Part shown: piece after piece, positions 42,948 through 51,838 of the stretch
Layout of the letters: every line of letters starts with the position of its first letter
How positions within the stretch are numbered: the stretch's first letter is position 1
Source: Gammaproteobacteria bacterium
Lineage (GTDB): Bacteria; Pseudomonadota; Gammaproteobacteria; Ga0077536
DNA length: 64,000 nucleotides
Direction: 5' to 3'
Assembly: GCA_030830685.1 (NCBI GenBank)
Contig: JAURMM010000054.1
Location: 717-64,716 of the forward strand
Notes under the pieces: model-generated
Seen by the model: only the letters and a program-made list of their open reading frames with translations
Databases searched by the model: none
What the model was told of the DNA's origin: nothing
Made by a program: the position numbers and the translations under genes

Positions 42948-43342
42948 ACCGCCCGGGCGAGGGCCGGGGAGAAGCGACCCCGTTCGAGCACATGCATCTC
43001 CACCGAGGTGGGGGCAAAGTACTTACGGCACACCTGCACGGCTACCTCATTGTCGAAGCGCTTGCAGGAGAAGATATCGATGTAGACCTGCCCCAGGTTT
43101 TCTGCGAAATGCGCGCAGATGTTGGAGGTCTCTATCAACTGAAGCAGGGTGAAACCCGCCGCATCGAAGGAATGCGTGGCGAAATGCTCGAGCTGCGGCT
43201 CGCCGTATGCCTTCATCTTGATGGCGTCGACCAGGTCCCGCACCCATTCGCGCAGGTGATCAGCGTTGGTCAACCGGTCGCGGGGACAACCGGCAAGATC
43301 CAGGACCAGGTGTTGGCCCCAAATCGGAGCGTCTTGATTCAT
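42944..43342 (-). CDS. Divergent AdoMetDC-fold (SpeH/SpeD-like) pyruvoyl-enzyme paralog; substrate unknown
   Basis: GQHLVLDLAGC...GFTLLQLIETSNICAHFAENLGQVYIDIFSCKRFD aligns with the speH core, but it has T-S in place of E-S and AHFAE in place of HTWPE. Its stop shares a base with the speE start. Confidence 0.7.
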   Translation of the reverse strand: MNQDAPIWGQHLVLDLAGCPRDRLTNADHLREWVRDLVDAIKMKAYGEPQLEHFATHSFDAAGFTLLQLIETSNICAHFAENLGQVYIDIFSCKRFDNEVAVQVCRKYFAPTSVEMHVLERGRFSPALARAV

Positions 43343-43517
43343 TAATAGAAACCCTCGTAGTTGAAAGATGAGTGTGGACCCACCACGAGTACGACGCCTC
43401 CCGGCGCCATCAGGGTTTCTGACCCGACCGGAGCCTCAGGAATGCGTCTCCCTCGACAAACGCGATGTTCTCCTAGTGGAACAACTCACAAAGCCTCCGG
43501 CCTATTGCGGAGCGCGC

Positions 43518-43545
43518 AATTTACACCGATCGCCTCTGATTGCAA
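43518..43545 (-). promoter_or_regulatory. Candidate sigma70-like promoter for the spe operon
   Basis: The minus strand reads TTGCAA-16 nt-TAAATT, about 175 nt upstream of the first ATG. An inverted repeat ATTGCG-N5-CGCAAT (43504..43520) overlaps the -10/+1 region. Confidence 0.25.
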
Positions 43546-43619
43546 GAAATTTCTGGACCCCGTCACAATTCGCGCAAGTGCCGGCCAGCAAAGACAAAAG
43601 TGGCCACAAAAAGCACGAT

Positions 43620-44264
43620 TCAGGGCGCTGTGAGGCAGCGCCTGAGGGCATTTGCGAGCGGTGCCTGGAGGGCGCCGACGGCATAGTGCGACAGGTTTGG
43701 CAATATCTCCCAACTGAGCGGTTCGCCCCTCGCTGCCAGCGTCTGCAAGGTTTCTACCAGCGGTGCGCAGGGGAACAGCTCGTCAGCTGACGAGTGGAGC
43801 ACATGCACAGGCATCCGCAGTTCCGGGAGGATCGCTGGCGCCTTGCCCGCCATGGGAATCACGGCATCGAAACATTCAGGCGCTTGTGCCATCAGATGCC
43901 AGCACCCGATGGCGCCCAGACTGTAACCGAGCAACGCACAGCGGCCATCACCCTTGGCCCGTAACGCTCGCGCAAGGGCGAGCACGACCGCCGTGCTGGC
44001 CGGTGTCGTCCAATCGCCATCCAGCACCACGGGTGCCACGACGAGCCCGGCCACTCCGTTGGCGGCGGGCACCACCAACTGTTCAAGTAGAGGTCGCCCG
44101 TAGAAGCCTTGCGGGGCGCCGCCATAGTGCAGGGCGAGCAGTGCGGGTTGTCGTTCCGCGCCGATAGCAGGCACATACACGCTGAGCCGTACATCGCAGT
44201 CCGCGATCTGCAGCTCCAGATCGTGATAGCCGTGGGTGCTCGGGAAGTCCGGGATGATGTTCAT
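43620..44264 (-). CDS. Alpha/beta hydrolase (esterase / dienelactone-hydrolase-like)
   Basis: LLALHYGG..., nucleophile elbow LLGYSLGAIGCW, and C-terminal VHVLHSSADELF. Start trimmed to the ATG at 44264, just downstream of the regA stop. Confidence 0.7.
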   Translation of the reverse strand: MNIIPDFPSTHGYHDLELQIADCDVRLSVYVPAIGAERQPALLALHYGGAPQGFYGRPLLEQLVVPAANGVAGLVVAPVVLDGDWTTPASTAVVLALARALRAKGDGRCALLGYSLGAIGCWHLMAQAPECFDAVIPMAGKAPAILPELRMPVHVLHSSADELFPCAPLVETLQTLAARGEPLSWEILPNLSHYAVGALQAPLANALRRCLTAP

Positions 44265-44269
44265 GGGTA

Positions 44270-44800
44270 TCAGCGTAACCCGGCCGGACGCTTTTTGAGC
44301 TTGCGCTGGAGTGTCCTGCGATGAAGGCCGAGGCGCGCTGCGGCGGCGGACACATTCCCTTCGGCTTCCAGCAGGGCCTGCTGGATGGTCTCCCATTCGA
44401 TACGTTCCAGCGAGGCTGGCTGAGGTGCCGGCTCCAGCGGAATCGTGCCCGGTTCATGTTCAAAAGCCGCAAGCAACGCCGGGAGATCGGTCGGCTTGGT
44501 CAGATAGTGGTGGGCACCCAGCTTGATCGCCTCGACTGCGGTGGCGATGCTGGCGTAGCCGGTGAGCACCACAATCCTCACCCCGGGGGCCAGCCCACAT
44601 AAGGTGGGAATCAGGTCGAGGCCGTTTTCTGTCGCCAGCCTGAGGTCCAGCACCACGCGGGAGATATCTCCTTCACGCATCCGGGCCACGGCGCTGTATG
44701 CATTGTCGGCGGTAGTGGCCCGGTGACCGCGCCGCCTGAGCGCGCCGGCCAGCACTTCCGAGAACACCAGATCGTCATCCACTATCAGCATGCCGCTCAT
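44270..44800 (-). CDS. regA: Two-component response regulator, RegA/ActR/PrrA/RoxR family (receiver plus Fis-type HTH)
   Basis: LIVDDD...VVLDLRL...VLTGYASIATAVEAIKLGAHHYLTKP, with a C-terminal NVSAAAARLGLHRRTLQRKLKK. ATGA overlap with the kinase gene. Confidence 0.85.
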   Translation of the reverse strand: MSGMLIVDDDLVFSEVLAGALRRRGHRATTADNAYSAVARMREGDISRVVLDLRLATENGLDLIPTLCGLAPGVRIVVLTGYASIATAVEAIKLGAHHYLTKPTDLPALLAAFEHEPGTIPLEPAPQPASLERIEWETIQQALLEAEGNVSAAAARLGLHRRTLQRKLKKRPAGLR

Positions 44801-46041
44801 CCGTTGCCCGCCTTGATGTGGCCCAGAGGGACCTCGACCAGCACACGCGTGCCGCCGGTTTCGCGTGGGTGAAATTCCACTACACCACCCTCACGTTGGA
44901 GTGTGGTGACGGCAAGATAGAGACCGAGACCCAAGCCCGATTCCTTGGCCGAAGGCACGGGCGCGTGGCCCAGACGCTGGCTGAGTTCACCCGCGATCCC
45001 GGGGCCTTCGTCGCGAATCTCAAGCGAAAGTCTCTCTGCATCCCAGCGCACTGTGAGTTCGACAACTGCTGGTGAGGCTTGGGCCGCGTTGTTCAGGATG
45101 TTCAGCAGTGCCTGGCGGAGGGTCTTGTCAGGCACGATCGCGAAATCCGGTCCTTGCGGTGCGTCACCCTGACGCAGGCGCACACCGGGATTCAGTGCCT
45201 CGAAGTCATCCCTCAACTGCTCGATGAACTGGCGCGGGGTGCAGCGGAAGCCCTCCTGTGCAGGCGCTTGCCCGGCATCGATCGCAAGCTGGCTGAGGGT
45301 GGTCTTGCAACGCTGCAGCTGTCCTTGCAGGACGCTGACCGCCGCGTGCAGGGCCGGCTGATCTACGAGATCTGCAGCCAGGTCCTGGGCGACGATCGCC
45401 ATGGTTGCGAGCGGCGTACCCAGCTCGTGGGCGGTGCCAGCGGCGAGGGTGCCAAGAGCAATGACTCGCTCACTGCGCAAGGCCTGCTCACGCGCCTCTG
45501 CCAGCGCCGCATCGCGTTCCCTCAGGGCGCCCGCGATGCGGGCGACGAAAGCCGCCACACACGCCGCGCTCAGCAGAAATCCGTACCACATGCCCCAGAC
45601 ATGAAGATCGAAACCTTGCACAGCCGCTTGGTGATGCTCGACGGGTTCCCGCACGAACATGAGCATGGTGTAGGCCGTTGCCGCGGTACCCGCGACTATC
45701 GCGGTGTGCGGTGAGGGAAGCGCGGCCGCTGCAAAGATGATTGGCAGAAGGAACAGTGAAATGAAAGGGTTGAGCGATCCTCCGGTGAAGAAGATCAGGC
45801 ACGAGAGCGCCACCACATCCGCCAACAGTTGGGCAAGAAATTCCCGCGCAGAGATCTGATGGAGCGTGCCGAGACGGTACCCGCTGTGAAGGGTCAGCGC
45901 ACCGAGCATCAACAGCGTGATGCCAACCGGCAACCAGGGTACTTTCAACCCGAAGGCGCGATCGATCACAAGCAAGGCCGCGAGCTGGCCCACCATCACC
46001 ACGCCGCGCAGCAGTAGCAGATACTTGAAGATGATCGGCAT
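44797..46041 (-). CDS. regB: Redox-sensing histidine kinase, RegB/ActS/PrrB/RoxS family
   Basis: Multi-transmembrane N-terminus containing GGSLNPF, which matches the GGxxNPF quinone-site heptad recalled for RegB. H-box GTLAAGTAHELGTPL. ATPase N/G boxes (LLNILNNAAQAS, DEGPGI, GLGLGL). Confidence 0.85.
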   Translation of the reverse strand: MPIIFKYLLLLRGVVMVGQLAALLVIDRAFGLKVPWLPVGITLLMLGALTLHSGYRLGTLHQISAREFLAQLLADVVALSCLIFFTGGSLNPFISLFLLPIIFAAAALPSPHTAIVAGTAATAYTMLMFVREPVEHHQAAVQGFDLHVWGMWYGFLLSAACVAAFVARIAGALRERDAALAEAREQALRSERVIALGTLAAGTAHELGTPLATMAIVAQDLAADLVDQPALHAAVSVLQGQLQRCKTTLSQLAIDAGQAPAQEGFRCTPRQFIEQLRDDFEALNPGVRLRQGDAPQGPDFAIVPDKTLRQALLNILNNAAQASPAVVELTVRWDAERLSLEIRDEGPGIAGELSQRLGHAPVPSAKESGLGLGLYLAVTTLQREGGVVEFHPRETGGTRVLVEVPLGHIKAGNG

Positions 46042-46120
46042 GACTGTTTCTTGTTGTCGGACGGATGTGCGGAGTTCTCAGTGACGCAAGGGTCTGCGCC
46101 ACCGAGGACCAGACCAACGT

Positions 46121-46588
46121 TCAGCCGCCCTCGAGTGCGGCTAGAACTGCCGCAGGGTGTGTTTCCGCCTTGGCGACTTTTTTCCAGTGCTTGCGCACCT
46201 TGCCATCGGCGCTTATCCAGACGGTGGAACGGATGACACCCATGGTCTTCTTCCCGTACATCATCTTTTCGCCATAGGCCTCGTACTTTTCCATCACCTT
46301 GCGATCCGGATCAGAGAGCAGGATGAAAGGAAGCTTGTATTTGGCAATGAACGCCGAGTGCGACTCGCTGCTGTCGGCCGAAATACCGATCACCACCACC
46401 TTGCGTTTCTGCAGCACGGACCAGTTGTCACGGAATCCACACGCTTCCTTGGTGCATCCCGGTGTGTCGTCCTTGGGATAGAAGTACACGATGATGTCCT
46501 GACCCTTGAATTCGGACAGCGCACGCGCCTTTCCGTCCTGATCCTTGAGAGTGAAGGCCGGCGCGGCCTTGCCTTCTTCGATAGCCAT
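46121..46588 (-). CDS. bcp: Thiol peroxidase Bcp (peroxiredoxin Q type)
   Basis: 155 aa; MAIEEGKAAPAFTLKDQDGK...VYFYPKDDTPGCTKEACGFRD. The rest of the 405-aa track ORF is a spurious upstream extension. Confidence 0.9.
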   Translation of the reverse strand: MAIEEGKAAPAFTLKDQDGKARALSEFKGQDIIVYFYPKDDTPGCTKEACGFRDNWSVLQKRKVVVIGISADSSESHSAFIAKYKLPFILLSDPDRKVMEKYEAYGEKMMYGKKTMGVIRSTVWISADGKVRKHWKKVAKAETHPAAVLAALEGG

Positions 46589-46762
46589 GAAAGCCTCCTG
46601 AGAGCAGATGCTGGATTGAGGAACATCGAGCCTGAGCAGCCCGCTGCTGGCCACGAGCATAGCATCCGCAAATGTTGCCTTGCAGCCGCACCAGGCAGAC
46701 CTCCACAGGCTCGCAATTTGGGTTAACCTCGCCTCAGTCCCGACCCCTACAGAATTGTCATC

Positions 46763-47404
46763 GTGAAAGTCGTCATCCTGCCCGTCACCCCTTTTCAGCA
46801 AAACTGCTCGCTCATCTGGTGCGAAAAGACCCGTAAGGCAGCCCTTGTCGATCCAGGCGGGGAAATTGAGCGCCTGCTTGCGGTGGTGACCCGTGAGGGG
46901 CTCGAACTGGAAAAGATTCTGGTCACCCATGCCCACATCGATCATGCAGGGGCGGTCGCCGAGCTCGCTTCGCGCCTCGGGCTGCCCATCGAGGGACCGC
47001 AGCGAGAAGACAAATTCTGGATAGATTTGCTGCCCCAGCAAGGCGCGACCTATGGCTTTCCCCCGGCGGGTACGTTTGAGCCCACCCGCTGGCTGGAGCA
47101 AGGAGACGAGGTCAACGTTGGAGACGAGACCCTGCTGGTGTGTCACTGTCCGGGCCATACGCCGGGACATGTGGTGTTCTTCCATGCCGGAGCCCGAATA
47201 GCCTTTGTAGGGGATGTGCTTTTCCAAGGCTCCATAGGCCGGACGGATTTCCCGCGTGGAGACCACGCGGCGCTCATTCGGGCCATCCGGGAGCGGCTCT
47301 GGCCATTGGGCGATGACGTGACATTCGTCCCCGGCCACGGACCCACGTCTACTTTCGGCGCCGAGCGGCGCACTAATCCCTTCGTGGCAGACGGGGTCGC
47401 TTGA
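46763..47404 (+). CDS. MBL-fold hydrolase, YcbL/GloC-like glyoxalase II
   Basis: LVTHAHIDHAGA...CPGHTPGHVVFF...GRTDFPRGD...PGHGP. GTG start. Confidence 0.8.
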   Translation: MKVVILPVTPFQQNCSLIWCEKTRKAALVDPGGEIERLLAVVTREGLELEKILVTHAHIDHAGAVAELASRLGLPIEGPQREDKFWIDLLPQQGATYGFPPAGTFEPTRWLEQGDEVNVGDETLLVCHCPGHTPGHVVFFHAGARIAFVGDVLFQGSIGRTDFPRGDHAALIRAIRERLWPLGDDVTFVPGHGPTSTFGAERRTNPFVADGVA

Positions 47405-47423
47405 AGGTAACTGGCTCGCCGAC

Positions 47424-50400
47424 TCAGCCCATCACAATCAGCAGATCCTTGGCATCGACCTGCTGACCGAGGGAGACGGTCACCTGCTTGATCTCCCCCG
47501 GTTGCTCTGCCCGAATCGAGGTCTGCATCTTCATGGCCTCGAGAATCATCAGCACTTCACCGCGCTCCACGGTTTCGCCGGCTTTGATGCAGATTTGGGT
47601 GATGACGCCCGGCATGGGAGCGCCAAGCTGCAGCGGATTGTCCTTCTCGACCTTGGGATGAGGGGGGCGTGGCTGTACGCGCGTACGATCTGCCACCTTG
47701 ATGGGTCGCGGTTGGCCGTTGATCTCGAAGAACACCGTACGGTGGTCGTCATCGTGGGGATCGCTGGTGCCCAGGTAGCGAACGATGAGAGCCTTGCCCT
47801 CGGTAAGCACGATGTTCACTTCCTGGCCCGCTTCCATTCCGTAGAAGAACACCGGGGTGGGCAGTGGCGTCAGTTCGCCGAACTGACGCTGGGAGGCCGC
47901 AAATTCTGTGAAGACCTTCGGGTACATCAGCCACGAGGCAAACTCGGGATCGCTGATGGTTCGTTGGGCCTGTCGCTCGGCTTCCTCGCGCGCTGCCACC
48001 ATGTCCACTGGTGGCATGCTGGCCCCCGGTCTGCCTTCAAGTGGGGGTGTGCCATTGAGAATCTTGTGTTGCAATGCGGGCGGGAAGCCGCCGTAGGGTT
48101 GACCGAGGTCTCCATGGAAGAAAGACACCACGGATTCAGGGAAGGTGACTTCCACTGCCGGATCTTCCGCTTCCTGCCGGGTCAGTCCGCTGGTGACCAT
48201 CATCAGCGCCATGTCTCCCACCACCTTGGAACTGGGAGTGACTTTCACGATGTCACCGAACATGTCGTTGACCTCGGCGTAGGCGCGCGCCACTTCCGGC
48301 CAGCGTGCGGCTGAGATGCCAAGGGACAAGGCCTGCTCACGCAGATTCGTGAACTGGCCGCCAGGCATGCCGTGCACATAGACCTCGGAGGCACCAGAAC
48401 GGATGTCGCTCTCGAATGCAGCGTAGCTGCCACGTACCTGCTCCCAGTAACTGGACAAGGTACGAACATGGTCCGGGTTGAGATCGGTTGCACGCGGACC
48501 ATGGCGTAATGCCTCGACGATGGAGCCCAGGTTGGGCTGCGATGTGAGCCCGCTCAGCGCATCCATGGCAGCGTCAACCGCATCCACACCCGCCTCCACG
48601 GCTGCCAGCACACTGGCAGCAGAAATACCGCTGGTATCGTGGGTATGGAAGTGGATAGGCAAACTGATCTCGTTCTTCAGCGCCCGGACCAGGCTGTGCG
48701 CAGCTGCCGGGCGGCACAGGCCGGCCATGTCCTTGATGCCGATGATGTGGGCGCCCGCCTTTTCGAGCTGCTTGGCCAGTGAGACGTAGTACTTCAGATC
48801 GTATTTCGTGCAGTCCGGGTCAGTCAGGTTTCCGGTGTAGCAGATGGCAGCCTCAGCGAGCTTGCCCGTGCTGCGCACTGCATCGATGGCCACCCGCATG
48901 TTCTCCACCCAGTTCAGGGAGTCGAAGATTCGGAACACGTCTACCCCTTCACGCGCCGCTTGCTGCACGAAATACTCAACCACGTTGTCAGGGTAGTTCG
49001 TGTATCCCACGGCGTTGGACGCTCGCAGCAGCATCTGCAGCAGCAAGTTTGGCATCCGCTTGCGCAGCCCACGCAGACGTTCCCAGGGACATTCGTGCAG
49101 AAAGCGCATCGCCACATCGAAGGTCGCTCCGCCCCAGCATTCCACAGAGAAGAGACCAGGCAGGAGATGGGAATAGGCGTCAGCAATCTGCAGCATATCA
49201 AAGCTGCGCATGCGCGTAGCCAACAGGGACTGATGAGCGTCGCGGAAAGTGGTATCCGTCACCAGTGCCCGTTTCCGCTCAAGCATCCACTGCACGAAGC
49301 GCTCAGGCCCGAGCTCTTCAAGCAGCTGGCGTGTGCCCGGCGGGGGCGTGATTGCCGGTACTTCAGGCGGTTCCGGGATAACCAGACGCGTGGGGCGTGG
49401 CCGACCCTTGACCGCCTCGTTACCGTTCACGATCACATCACCCACGAAACGCAGCAGTGGCGTGGCGAAATCCTGACGGTGCTCCAGGTCGAACAATTCA
49501 GGGGTGGTGTCGATGAATGTGGTGACATACCGTGCGGAAGTAAAATCCGGATGGCGCAGCAGTTGTTCCAGGAACGGCAGATTTGTGACCACCCCGCGGA
49601 TGCGGAATTCGCGCAAGGCGCGCAGCATGCGCGCCGTAGTCTCATCGACTGAGGTGCCCCAAGCAGTGACCTTGACCAGCATGGAATCGTAATAGCGCGT
49701 GATCTGTGCGCCGGAATAGGCGGTCCCGGCATCCAAGCGAATACCGAATCCAGCGGGGCTCCGATAGGCCGTGATCGTGCCGTAGTCCGGGATGAAGTTG
49801 TTTTCCGGATCTTCCGTGGTGATCCGGCACTGCATCGCATAGCCGTTGCGATGCAACTCATCCTGTTGCGGCACCCCGCTTTCAGGACTGCCGATCGCGG
49901 CACCCTCGGCAATGCGGATCTGGGCCTTGACGATGTCGATCCCTGTTATTTCCTCGGTAACAGTGTGTTCCACCTGTATCCGGGGGTTCACTTCGATGAA
50001 ATACACCGCGCCGGTATCGGCGTCTTGCAGAAACTCCACCGTGCCCGCGTTATGGTAACCGGCCGCGCGACACAGTCGGACTGCCGAATCGCAGACCGCT
50101 GCACGCTGGGCCTCGTCCAGAAACATGGAGGGTGCGCGTTCGACGACTTTCTGGTTGCGTCGCTGCACTGTGCAGTCGCGATCGAAAAGATGTACCAGGT
50201 TGCCGTGCGTGTCGCCGATGATCTGGACCTCCACATGGCGTGCGCGACGAATCAGTTTCTCAAGATAAACTTCACCATTGCCGAAAGCCTGTTCCGCCTC
50301 TCGCCGTCCTACGGCTACCAGATCCAGTAGATCCTCTTCCCGTTCGATCACACGCATGCCGCGACCGCCGCCGCCCCATGAGGCCTTCAGCATGACGGGA

Positions 50401-50867
50401 TATCCGATACCCGAGGCCAGGGCACGGACGGCTGCAGCATCCTCGGGCAGAGGGCCGGTGGCCGGCATCACGGGCACCCCGGAAGATCCGGCCAGCTCGC
50501 GCGCAGCTACCTTGTTGCCGAGTGACCGCATCACTTCTGGGCGCGGGCCGATGAAGATGAGTCCCGCCGCCGCGCAGGCCTCTGCAAACTCGGGTCGTTC
50601 TGAAAGGAATCCGTAACCGGGATGAACGGCGTCTGCCCCGGCTTCCAATGCGATACGAATGATGTCGTCCTGATCGAGGTAGGCCTGTACTGGCGTCTTC
50701 CCTTTGCCCACCAGAAAAGCGCGATCAACCTTGAAGCGATGCAGAGCGAAGCGATCCTCCTGCGAGTAGATCGCGACCGTTTCGATTTCTAGTTCTGCGG
50801 CGGCGCGCATCACGCGGATGGCGATTTCACCGCGATTGGCGACCAGTAGACGTTTTATCTTACGCAT
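47424..50867 (-). CDS. pyc: Pyruvate carboxylase (single-chain: biotin carboxylase, carboxyltransferase and BCCP domains)
   Basis: N-terminal biotin carboxylase (IKRLLVANRGEIAIRVMRAA), central carboxyltransferase TIM barrel (...FRIFDSLN...HFHTHDTSG), and a C-terminal biotinyl motif LEAMKMQ. Start trimmed to the ATG at 50867. Confidence 0.95.
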   Translation of the reverse strand: MRKIKRLLVANRGEIAIRVMRAAAELEIETVAIYSQEDRFALHRFKVDRAFLVGKGKTPVQAYLDQDDIIRIALEAGADAVHPGYGFLSERPEFAEACAAAGLIFIGPRPEVMRSLGNKVAARELAGSSGVPVMPATGPLPEDAAAVRALASGIGYPVMLKASWGGGGRGMRVIEREEDLLDLVAVGRREAEQAFGNGEVYLEKLIRRARHVEVQIIGDTHGNLVHLFDRDCTVQRRNQKVVERAPSMFLDEAQRAAVCDSAVRLCRAAGYHNAGTVEFLQDADTGAVYFIEVNPRIQVEHTVTEEITGIDIVKAQIRIAEGAAIGSPESGVPQQDELHRNGYAMQCRITTEDPENNFIPDYGTITAYRSPAGFGIRLDAGTAYSGAQITRYYDSMLVKVTAWGTSVDETTARMLRALREFRIRGVVTNLPFLEQLLRHPDFTSARYVTTFIDTTPELFDLEHRQDFATPLLRFVGDVIVNGNEAVKGRPRPTRLVIPEPPEVPAITPPPGTRQLLEELGPERFVQWMLERKRALVTDTTFRDAHQSLLATRMRSFDMLQIADAYSHLLPGLFSVECWGGATFDVAMRFLHECPWERLRGLRKRMPNLLLQMLLRASNAVGYTNYPDNVVEYFVQQAAREGVDVFRIFDSLNWVENMRVAIDAVRSTGKLAEAAICYTGNLTDPDCTKYDLKYYVSLAKQLEKAGAHIIGIKDMAGLCRPAAAHSLVRALKNEISLPIHFHTHDTSGISAASVLAAVEAGVDAVDAAMDALSGLTSQPNLGSIVEALRHGPRATDLNPDHVRTLSSYWEQVRGSYAAFESDIRSGASEVYVHGMPGGQFTNLREQALSLGISAARWPEVARAYAEVNDMFGDIVKVTPSSKVVGDMALMMVTSGLTRQEAEDPAVEVTFPESVVSFFHGDLGQPYGGFPPALQHKILNGTPPLEGRPGASMPPVDMVAAREEAERQAQRTISDPEFASWLMYPKVFTEFAASQRQFGELTPLPTPVFFYGMEAGQEVNIVLTEGKALIVRYLGTSDPHDDDHRTVFFEINGQPRPIKVADRTRVQPRPPHPKVEKDNPLQLGAPMPGVITQICIKAGETVERGEVLMILEAMKMQTSIRAEQPGEIKQVTVSLGQQVDAKDLLIVMG

Positions 50868-51066
50868 GGGCTTGTGTCGTCCGCAGTGCGACGCAGGGCG
50901 TAGCACGCGTGGTTGTGTTTTCAGACAGGTACGCAATGAATACGGGCGGACTCTACACGAGGGTTGTCGGGCACGGAAGCCAGCGCCCTGCGACGTTTAT
51001 ATCTGCCTCAAGCGAGAGCGTCAGGCGTGAAAGCGCACCGCATCAGTGCCGTGCGTTCGTGAGCAT

Positions 51067-51831
51067 TCAGATCATCCGCCTGCCGAGCACGAGTCCACGG
51101 TGGCGCATGCGCTCCAGGATTTCGAGGCCGCCACTCAGGACCATATCCGGGGCGGAATGTCCCAATGCTTGCGCCAGCTCGGTGAGCACTTGTCGCACAG
51201 GCATCTCCGGGCCGTCACGCAAGCGCTCGAACAACGTGCGGGTCACCGCATTGAGTTCCAGCACGTGCAACTGATGTACTGCATCCCGGAACACCACCAG
51301 ATGGGTCTCCCGCACAGACTCCGCGGAAGCCAAAGCCTCCGGAGGCGCGGCATGGACCGCATAGCGATAGCTGGCCAGCCGATGCACCGGGTTGATGAAG
51401 ACCGGGTGTTCCAGCAGGTCGCCTTTGCGGTCGAAGCCATGCACTGGGACTGTCTGTTCGTCGCAGGCAACCGCATTTTCCAACCACTCGAAGTGGGCAA
51501 GCTCAGGGACCTGCGGGGGCAGTGAGGCAGGTGCATGGCGGCCCGTCAGGAAAGACAGGAATTCTCCCGGAAGGCGCGGGAACGCGGCGGTCTGTGCCGG
51601 GTGATCGCGGAGGTAGCAATCAACCAGATCATCCCACACGTCAGCGGTCAAGGCCGCCCTGACGCGTGGAAAATTGTCCGCCATGAACCGTTCGACGTTA
51701 TGGCGCACAGCGTACCGGTACACCTCCAGCCGTTCGCCAGAGAGGCCTTCCGGGGGGGCCTCATGCCGGGGATCGCGAAGATAGCGGACGAAGCTGCGTT
51801 GCGCCGTGATGAAAGACGGTGAGTTCTTCAT
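51067..51831 (-). CDS. DUF2063-family RiPP maturation partner (HvfC/BufC/MbnC-like role)
   Basis: FITAQRSFVRYLRDPRH...LEVYRYAVRHNVERFMADNFPRVRAAL...WDDLVDCYLRDHP fits the DUF2063 N-terminal pattern. It starts 7 nt after the DUF692 gene's stop. ATG at 51831. Confidence 0.75.
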   Translation of the reverse strand: MKNSPSFITAQRSFVRYLRDPRHEAPPEGLSGERLEVYRYAVRHNVERFMADNFPRVRAALTADVWDDLVDCYLRDHPAQTAAFPRLPGEFLSFLTGRHAPASLPPQVPELAHFEWLENAVACDEQTVPVHGFDRKGDLLEHPVFINPVHRLASYRYAVHAAPPEALASAESVRETHLVVFRDAVHQLHVLELNAVTRTLFERLRDGPEMPVRQVLTELAQALGHSAPDMVLSGGLEILERMRHRGLVLGRRMI

Positions 51832-51838
51832 GACGGCC

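Noticed and set aside
43560-43619. Terminator after the alpha/beta hydrolase gene (GTGGCCAC...TGGCCGGCAC)
   Set aside because: The pairing needs a 3-nt bulge and the T-run falls in the loop rather than after the stem, so it is not a convincing intrinsic terminator.
46589-47338. Upstream 250 codons of the 405-aa ORF containing bcp
   Set aside because: The peroxiredoxin domain begins at the internal ATG at 46588 (MAIEEGKAAPAF...). The extension overlaps the well-supported + strand MBL hydrolase gene and has no recognisable features.
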